Source of the DNA: Sphacelaria rigidula
Lineage: Eukaryota
Reading direction: 5' to 3'
Assembly: GCA_964200075.2 (NCBI GenBank)
Contig: CAXNAA020000006.1
Location: 1-44,452 of the forward strand
Length of the DNA stretch: 44,452 bases
Shown here: one piece after another, positions 36,730 to 44,452 of the stretch
How the letters are laid out: every line of letters starts with the position of its first letter
Numbering within the stretch: position 1 is the stretch's first letter
The notes under the pieces: model-generated
Seen by the model: the letters and a program-made list of their open reading frames with translations, nothing else
What the model was told of the DNA's origin: nothing
Databases searched by the model: none
Program-made: the position numbers and the translations under genes

Positions 36730-37416
36730 TCATCCCTCGGCGTGTCCATCAGCGTCTTTCAGACAACCGACCAGGTGGCCACTCGCGCTTGATGATCCCA
36801 GTGACACCGTACTCGACGACAATTCATGTACAGCTGCCGCCGCCGTAGCAGTTGCAGAAGGGTACTCAGCGGCGACCTTCACTTGCGCCTCTCTTGGTGG
36901 CTGTGGCACCTTACTGACACGCTGACTCTTTGCACACGACGACGACGACGGCGATGCTCCGTTATTTGTTATTCGTGCCTTCTCGTTTCTGCTCTCCGAG
37001 CTGGTACCTTGACCCGTTTCTCCCTTTAATCGTGCTTCCGGCAAAACCGGCATTCGATTATTGTTATCTATTCCCCCTCCTTCCTCATCTCCACCGCCAC
37101 CACTGTTACTGCCACTGCGATGTGGCTTGCACAAGAGAACCTCCGAGTTTTCATGATCGTAAGCCTTATCCATGTGTCTCCTAGGCGCCTGCCGGACGAC
37201 AAAGTCCTTCCCTAATCTCTCGCGAAACTTGGCATAAGTGACCTCTTCCCTCTTCTCACTAGCCACCAACACCATAGTCTTTCTCCCACAGACCTTTGCC
37301 ATTGAAGACACCAAGACCTCAACCAAACGCTCCACATAAACACAATCGCAAGCGACCACGTAGTCGTACGGTGGCTTCAATCGATCCAGGGGTGTTCCCC
37401 AGCAGTACTCCACCAC
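36730..37416 (-). CDS. METTL21-like (methyltransferase family 16) protein-lysine methyltransferase, exon 4 (last)
   Basis: aaacAG|VVEYCWGTPLDRLKPPYDYVVACDCVY contains the WG and DxxY motifs; it is followed by a low-complexity tail. Confidence 0.9.
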   Translation of the reverse strand: MVEYCWGTPLDRLKPPYDYVVACDCVYVERLVEVLVSSMAKVCGRKTMVLVASEKREEVTYAKFRERLGKDFVVRQAPRRHMDKAYDHENSEVLLCKPHRSGSNSGGGGDEEGGGIDNNNRMPVLPEARLKGETGQGTSSESRNEKARITNNGASPSSSSCAKSQRVSKVPQPPREAQVKVAAEYPSATATAAAAVHELSSSTVSLGSSSASGHLVGCLKDADGHAEG

Positions 37417-38456
37417 CTGTTTAGTTCGTATGTGCGCGCGCGGGAGTACTTCCGTTAAAGGTCGTGAGAGTGTACTTTATCCTACCAAGTGAAGTCGGCT
37501 ACGTTTTTCATGTCATGGGGTGCAGATCATATTTCCTCAACGGAGTTGCCTACATTGCTTAGCTGGGTCCGTTGAAAAAATGGGAATTTGGAGATGCTCA
37601 CATGAGAAAAAAAAAGGGCTGAAAGGTCTTTCACGACGGAATTGCCCACATTTGAGGAATTTGTAGGATTTTTGTTGCGATATTTAATTTTGGAATCTCC
37701 ACGTTTATTCACCCGCTGCCTACCACAACCACCATGGACTTTCCTGTGCACACATACCCCCTATCGTAAACGGGGCGACGATTTATCATGTAGCTGTCGT
37801 TGTGCTATGGCGGTGGAGACAGCGCCCGCCAATCCGGCAGCCAACTCAAGGGTGCCGAAGGGCATTCTCGGTCCGGTCACTGAGCGCTACGGGGTTGGTC
37901 CCGAGTAGCTGACAAAAGAGTGGAAGGACTGCAAAGCTCAGACAGACGACACCAGGGAACTTTACCTGTCAAACAGATGTTGGAGTGGGCGGCCGTCGCT
38001 TGTCACTCCAACAAGGGCCACGGCGCTACGGACAGTCGACAAGCAGAATCAGTAATTTACGCTATTATTTCCCCGAAAAGGGGCGAGGAACGGCCATTGC
38101 TCGGGCCGACCGATGGGTTTTCGACCGTTCGCTCGCGTAGGACAGTACGCGAAAAAGTAACAAAAAAAAAAGGTTTCTACTAAAAAGCGTCAGAGATTTC
38201 AAGCACACTACGAGCTGGACCAGCCGTGAAACACCTTGTGCATATCGCTGTGAGCTGCAAACCAACCTGGCTTACACGCTCTGCCGCCAAAGGAAAAAAA
38301 TGAAGAAGAAAGTAATGCATAATATATGACCTCGACGACGGGACCAGATTCTTCGAAACGAAAGAGGATGTGTCGGGACTTGAACTCGTCACCTCCATAA
38401 CTGGAGTCTTCTATATGACTTAAATTACAGGGGCGCAGTGGTGTCACACAGAGTTC

Positions 38457-38720
38457 CACGCTGGGCCCAATTCCAAGAGTTTTTAGCCGAAATTTCACCA
38501 CAGCCTTCTGCGCAAGTACGTACAACATTTCCGGGAATGTCGCCGTTTTGTCTTTTCCAGAGAGTCATGTCATTTTCCAGTTTTTGTTGAAATTTCAAAT
38601 CGCTCCACCCCTCTGTTTTTTTTTTCAATACTTTTCTTGGCATCCCCAGAAACGTTGCGCTTGTTGATTAAAATGTCGTGTCAAAATTTCAGTGCCCAAC
38701 TCCTAAAATTGAGCACCGTG
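38457..38720. mobile_element. MITE family M, copy 3 (more decayed)
   Basis: Right arm TCGTGTCAAAATTTCA...AAAATTGAGCACCGTG matches copies 1 and 2; the left arm is degenerate. Confidence 0.6.
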
Positions 38721-39491
38721 TCACCCCGGTTACCGACAAGAAACATTATCCGGTGTTCCAGCTCGTATAGCCTGGCGCATCGGACACGATTGAGGGCCTG
38801 TGGATACACAACCAACTTTACTCCTGTAAATGAGGAAGCATGAAAAAATATATCAAAATCGTCGGCAGACCGCTTTTACGCGTTATCTGTGGCACTTACG
38901 TTTGTCTTGCAAGGTAGACATTGTTGGTCATATTATGAGCGCAGGTTTGTATTACATTGTACACGCAACATATGCAGTGTACTTTGGCATTGCAAGGTAG
39001 GTATTTCCAGTCATTTCACGAGCGCGGGTTTGATTACTACTCAGTTCACCTCTTCCTCCTGCTATTATAGCTTAGAACACTCTGAAGCGCACCTGCAAGC
39101 CGGACACTTCACATGTGCTCCACACTGTGGCAGATATTCGCGTCCGGTCAGTGAGGCCGTCGACAAAGAACAGACAAAAGAAGGTCTCGTACAGTCTGTA
39201 TGGGGGGGTACAGCCAAGAATCAGCACCATATCATCGTAGTATCACCTTGACGTTGACAAGGGCAACCGCGCCGCCTTGAGTGTTTCACAATTCACGCAT
39301 GCTGGCGTTAAAAATAAAAAACCCTCACGCTTCCGACTGTGAGCTCGAAAGCATTGAACTTCCAAAAACAACCGGCTTTTGCAGGCCGACGCCGCGTATA
39401 CGTACAGCCCCCAGCAGAAGAAATACCAACATACTCCGGCATTTTCAAGCATCATGTCAGCACGACAGTCGGGAAATCGCTGAGCTCTCAC

Positions 39492-39605
39492 ATCGACTTG
39501 TGGAATAGCGGCCTGTTCGCCGTTTGACTTTACGGCGGCAGTAGCTCTCGCTTGCCCTCCGAGGTTCATCGTGACGTTGCGCTGGAGCAGAGGTACAACT
39601 TCCGC
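39492..39605 (-). CDS. METTL21-like methyltransferase, exon 3
   Basis: ctcAG|AEVVPLLQRNVTMNL...PQVD|GTgaga; 38 codons with the LLxxNVxxN motif. Confidence 0.88.
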
Positions 39606-40520
39606 CTGAGCAGCGACGTGGAAAATACGCCGGCGTCGCAACCCACGACGAGACGGCACGATATTTTGGGTGTCGGGGATCAGAGAAGGGAAAGAGGGGT
39701 AGGGAGGGACATACTACTGTGTACGGTGAAAAATGAGTGGAGCAATATGCCTCTGTACCCGAGCGTGAATGCACAAGCAACAGGTACCCGTGCGCGTAGG
39801 AGCACGCACTACCCCTCCGTGCCCCCCCTCCCCCGCGCAGCCCCCACACATACATCCCTGTCGCCTGTAGAAGAGCGTTCCATGCAGACATACAGCAGCT
39901 GCACAGCAGCAAAATTATGGTGGGGTACGACGGTCAGCCAAAGGCAAAACACCATCGCAAGCGCGAGCATGCCCCGCTACTCAACTTGACTGATGGGTTG
40001 GTTGATTGAATTTCGCACATCAACTGACTCCCTACAGATTCACCCGTTGTCACAAGCTAGACGCTTCCAAGGTGAAACAAAACGAAATACTCGCTGAAGG
40101 AGGCTCAAGAGTGGGAGGGGGGGCAAAAACAGAGGAAGAATAAATGGCGTACACACAAGAAAACAAGAGAAAACAGAGGATGAAAGAAAAGGGAAGGAAA
40201 AGGAAAGCAAGAGAAAGGGAAATTACGTCAAGATAGATCTAATATCTGTCCTGCTTAGAAAAAGTTGGGGAAAACACACACACACGCACACATGGAGAGC
40301 TGGCCCCTGCCGCATGGCTTCGGGTGAGGACAAAAAAGGTGAAAAACAAAATGAACGAAGGTCATGAACGTAGGTTGAGACTCAGCTATTCGATAAGCAA
40401 ACTATTTGAACATGAACTCCCATCCGCGAGCTCTGTAGGAGCGAGACGCAAACACTGCTGCAGCGTTGAAAACAAAACAAAACACAAGGGTGATGAGGAG
40501 GAGACAAAACAACCAAAACA

Positions 40521-40551
<31 letters not shown>

Positions 40552-40560
40552 CAGAGAGAG
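40521..40560. repeat. (AG)n microsatellite
   Basis: Direct reading. Confidence 0.95.
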
Positions 40561-41291
40561 CGGGAGATAACAAGACAGGGAAGACATCGAAACTCACACA
40601 CGAACAGAACAGCACCCGCACCGGAGCATCGCCTGTCAACCTCGCTACAGTTACGACCCAAGGAACGAAGCTAAGGCAACAACCGAGAGGGTAATACAGG
40701 AGTATAACGGTTTCGCATCACCCCCATCTCTCCCACTTATCCCTAGTTACGTATGGAGCGGGTGAATCTCTCCACCATTCCCGTCTGGCATTCCTCGAAT
40801 GCTGTCGCCGATGTTGTGTCAGTGGTGACGGCTCTCCTGCTCACGATTCTCAACGCTAACGCCTCTTGCTACGGACGTACGTCGGATTGGCGAGTGTCTC
40901 GCGTCGCCGCACCTCCTCGAATTTCTCTCCCTTTTCTACTCCCAGATGCCTTTTGCCCGCATCCGTCGCGGCAGTTACCCAACCTTGCAAGTTTCTGACG
41001 TCCATGATCGTCAACGAACCACTTCTTTCGATCTCGTCTCGGAACACCCCGAAAAGACAACTGCTGCCTACTCCCCATTACTTCCAACTGTGAAATATAG
41101 CCACGAGCCCAAGATTTCGGGGAAAACAAGACTTCGGTGCACTTTTCAGTCGAAATCATTCGAAATCCGTCACCGTCTCAAAATTAACCGGTGATGTGCT
41201 TTTCGGAATCACTCTTGCATGCAAGTATCGAACACCACACACCACCCAAGCAGACGCCGCCTCTTTGCGTCTGCCGCCAGCATCCCCTCAC

Positions 41292-41486
41292 CAAATCGGT
41301 AAAAGTCACGTGGGCACCCTGTAGCGCAAAATACATCCCCGCCAGACCACAGCCCGCGCCTAACTCCAGTACTCTCTTTCCTGCGAGCTTGCGTCGGGAA
41401 TAAAGCTGCGGATTTCGCTCCATGTAACGCACGAGTATTACGCTGGCATCCCAGATGGTAGTACCCAGATTATCGGAGCTCGGGTC
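41292..41486 (-). CDS. METTL21-like methyltransferase, exon 2
   Basis: tacAG|DPSSDNLGTTIWDASVIL...GKRVLELGAGCGLAG...VTFTDL|GTgagg; GxxxWDAS and SAM-binding motif I. Confidence 0.95.
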
Positions 41487-43358
41487 CTGTACAGAGTATC
41501 GATGGAGAGAAACAGAACGCGGTGTGTGAATGTTGAGGAGTGCGTACGTGGGGGCAAAACAAGGCGGTGTAGAGACGCACTGAAAACACAAAGCGCACAA
41601 TATTCGAAGTGGTCCATGTGAGTACTGTATGTACATGCTGTCCTACGTCAGTGCTGGCGGCCGCGATTTTTCCTGAGAAATACAAGAATATGGCATCTTG
41701 AAGTCCCCGGTGACACTGAAGAAGCTTGGCAAAAACCACCTAAACAACACTTTTTCGAAGCTTGTTCTATTTTTAGTCGGGATTCGTGTTACAGTACGTC
41801 CACAACGCATTTCCGAGGTTGTGGGTGACAGAGCCGTTCGCTTGTCGTATACGTCTCGATAGCACGCGAAACGCGAAAATTGAGTTGTGAATGCTACACC
41901 AAATCAAGTGTGAGCATAAAATGTGTTGAATTGCACACCCTCGACAACGGATGGCATTGTAAAAAAAAGTGTAATATTGGATACAGTATGAACTCACAAC
42001 CACCTGAACGTGGCACAACTACCGTGGTCTAATTTTGACACCACTTACATCACAGTATGATATTTTTCCATTATTTCCGCACATTAGTCCGATCTCTCGA
42101 ACCCGTGGTCACTGACGTATGCTCGTCTTCCCAATACCGCCCCTGCTATTCCTTGCATGACAGTTTTCATCATTTTTTCAGAGACTCCAGACTAAAAACT
42201 AGGACGAAAACAACCAGAAAACGTATCCCCATATAAAAAGCAAGAAGAGAGACGCCAACAAAACAGGTGAGAAAAAGCTCCCCGCGAGTTTTTTGGCGTT
42301 GAAAAAAACAAAATAGACTCTTTACATCTGCTAAAAAGCGTACCGAGAGAAAAAGGGAAAGGAAAGAAAGGATCAGGAATACAGATGACAAAATGGAACT
42401 AACATAGCACGGCCACCAAGCGAAGGTACACTCAACTACCCCATACACCCTCATAGACAACTACAAAAGCAGTCCGGAAAGACGGCAAATGTACTAGCGA
42501 GTGTGCTACGCGATGGGCTACTGGTTACTTTCCAGAGGTGCTTGGTATGTACTGGGGGAACTCTAGTGGTAGCACAGCAAACAAATAAACAATTCCTTGG
42601 CATGGCGTGTTTCGGCCCCGACTGCTACGTACATCTTAACCCCCTCAGCAGGAAACCTCGATGGGCCTCCCGGTACGACCCGAAATTGTCATGTGCGATC
42701 GTCCAGGTCACGATCTAATGGGATTTTCCACCGCATCTCACATCTTTAGACACTCCACACCCAGATGGCCATATCTCGATACGCACAACAGCTTTAGAGA
42801 CAACTCAAGTTGCTCTGTGTAGCTACTAACGCATGCCTACCGACGAGTCCAGATTTTGCCCGCCAGACCCCTGCTGTAAAAGCAAATATTGAGGTGAAGA
42901 GTATCATCTATTCCAAACATTGCCTCATCACCCCTGCTGCTCAGTGCGATCTTGGTCTTGAAAAATGTCTAGTAGTTAGTTGTACCAGACTGTTGGGTTT
43001 AAGCTTGCTGCCATTCGTGCAGCGTGAGTGTTCTTCGATCCGTGTCGGATGGGCATATTGGAAAATGACTATTTGGCTTGTACATATTTCGTTATCTGGT
43101 TGTGCTGCTTTTGGCGGGCTATCCATCGTTGGTTTGTGTGCTGTACTGGGTTGAATTGAGCCGGACTTCGATGAGGACATAGATTCAGATATATACTGAA
43201 GCTGTGCATCACCATCATTGTCATTGATTGCTCTGTTCACTCCTTCGACTCTGTCACGACGCATGTTTGAGATGGTGGTGAAGAACGTGACACTAAATCG
43301 GGCGGAAAACTGCCTGAAAAAACACTATTGCGCCGCACCGTGGTGTAGTGGTCCATAC

Positions 43359-43442
43359 CTGCGCGATGTTGAGTTGGTGACCGCAAACTTCGATGGGAAC
43401 CACATGGGAGTGATGCGTGTTCCATCGCTGAAACTCCGCCAT
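43359..43442 (-). CDS. METTL21-like methyltransferase, exon 1
   Basis: MAEFQRWNTHHSHVVPIEVCGHQLNIAQ|GTatgg, 28 codons, joining in phase to give the typical LxxxQD...GTTxWDAS. Total CDS is 1080 nt (359 aa). Confidence 0.85.
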
Positions 43443-44452
43443 GATTTCGTTGGATTCGATAACCACCCCCCGCCAGCCCACCCCTAGCAAACTGCTACTG
43501 CTAGCTGCGGTGTCCGCCGCCAGTCGCCAGCCAGCGCCGCAAAACGGTTGGCTGCCGCAAAGCAGAACCTCCACCACAAAAAGCAGCAAGGACGACAGCA
43601 GCTACAAAATTCAGGAAGATGGTCGGATATCTTGCCATATCTCGCGATCTCGCCCCGGTATACACTGGTTGCAGGGTGCTACAGTATACACACCCAATGA
43701 GGATTGGATGTACCTAGTAATGCAAAAAGTGGTCGAACACTCCGATGTGCAAAAGCACACACCACATCCGACTCAAGATAATCGGTTCCCGTTGGTCATA
43801 ACGGGATGACCGACCGCAAAATCGGCCAGCAAAAAAAATGCACCAGATGGGGAAAGGAGGAAGAGATTCACCCATGACATATCCAGACCGCGGTGTTGGT
43901 AGTCGAACTGGACCACGTGTACTTTTCCCAAGTGAATATTGATGCCGATTCAGCAGGCGACCTACTCTCGCGGTCTCCCGCGGAGTTTGGGAGGGGAAGA
44001 TACTTTCGCTATGTGTTACTCCTTCGTATCTTCCCTGCAATGGAGAAATGGGACTTCGACCTCATTTTATGTTTCAACCCCAAAAATTAGGATCGGCTGT
44101 TCTATGCTGTCCTTCTCTATAACCTGGCGGGAGGACGGGGAAGCCGCAATCCCTCGGGTAAGGAGAGTCATTTCAACCATGTCGATGTACTTTGAAGAAA
44201 TGAACTCTTTCGTTTTCAAAGGTGTTCCGAATTTGGGTAAATAATAACATGTGATATCAATACCGAGTGTGACCTCTATAGGCAGACGTCTGCAGACGGG
44301 AGGTAGCGGAGATCAACGAAAGCGCCAGATCGCAGCTGATGTACCCCTCTGCACGATGCTAGCAACAGTTAGGTCGCCACCATAGGTGTCGTTTTTCACT
44401 CTGCATGTCAAGGAGGCCTTCACAAGTGTTTGATCTCTCGTGCACTCCCCCC

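Noticed and set aside
9526..43442. Functional methyltransferase cluster (rsmJ plus METTL21-like)
   Set aside because: Unrelated families with different substrates, 20 kb apart with another gene between them; no evidence of linkage.

Overview
Intron-rich eukaryotic nuclear DNA, most consistent with a brown alga or related stramenopile (inferred from the long repeat-filled GT-AG introns and the gene content, not from a database match). Most ORFs in the six-frame track are spurious. Four spliced genes could be rebuilt by hand with phase-compatible exons. (1) The last three exons of axonemal dynein light chain 1 (DNAL1/LC1, + strand, 4787-8871); its 5' exon(s) were not found in the window. (2) A complete 4-exon bacterial-type RsmJ-like 16S rRNA methyltransferase (- strand, 16634-9526, about 514 aa) with a long N-terminal presequence. 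(3) An uncharacterised multi-pass membrane protein with at least 7 exons (+ strand, 23622-34411, possibly starting near 16970, head-to-head with rsmJ). (4) A complete 4-exon METTL21-like lysine methyltransferase (- strand, 43442-36730, about 359 aa). The introns hold tRNA-derived SINEs, LINE fragments, several MITE families and tandem repeats. The most notable items are a 99-bp TTAA piggyBac-type MITE with its empty site visible in a second SINE copy, an 84-bp near-perfect intronic palindrome, a nested inverted-repeat cluster with a TTAGGG-bearing element, and a decayed RecQ-like helicase relic. No clearly novel multi-gene system could be established from the sequence alone.
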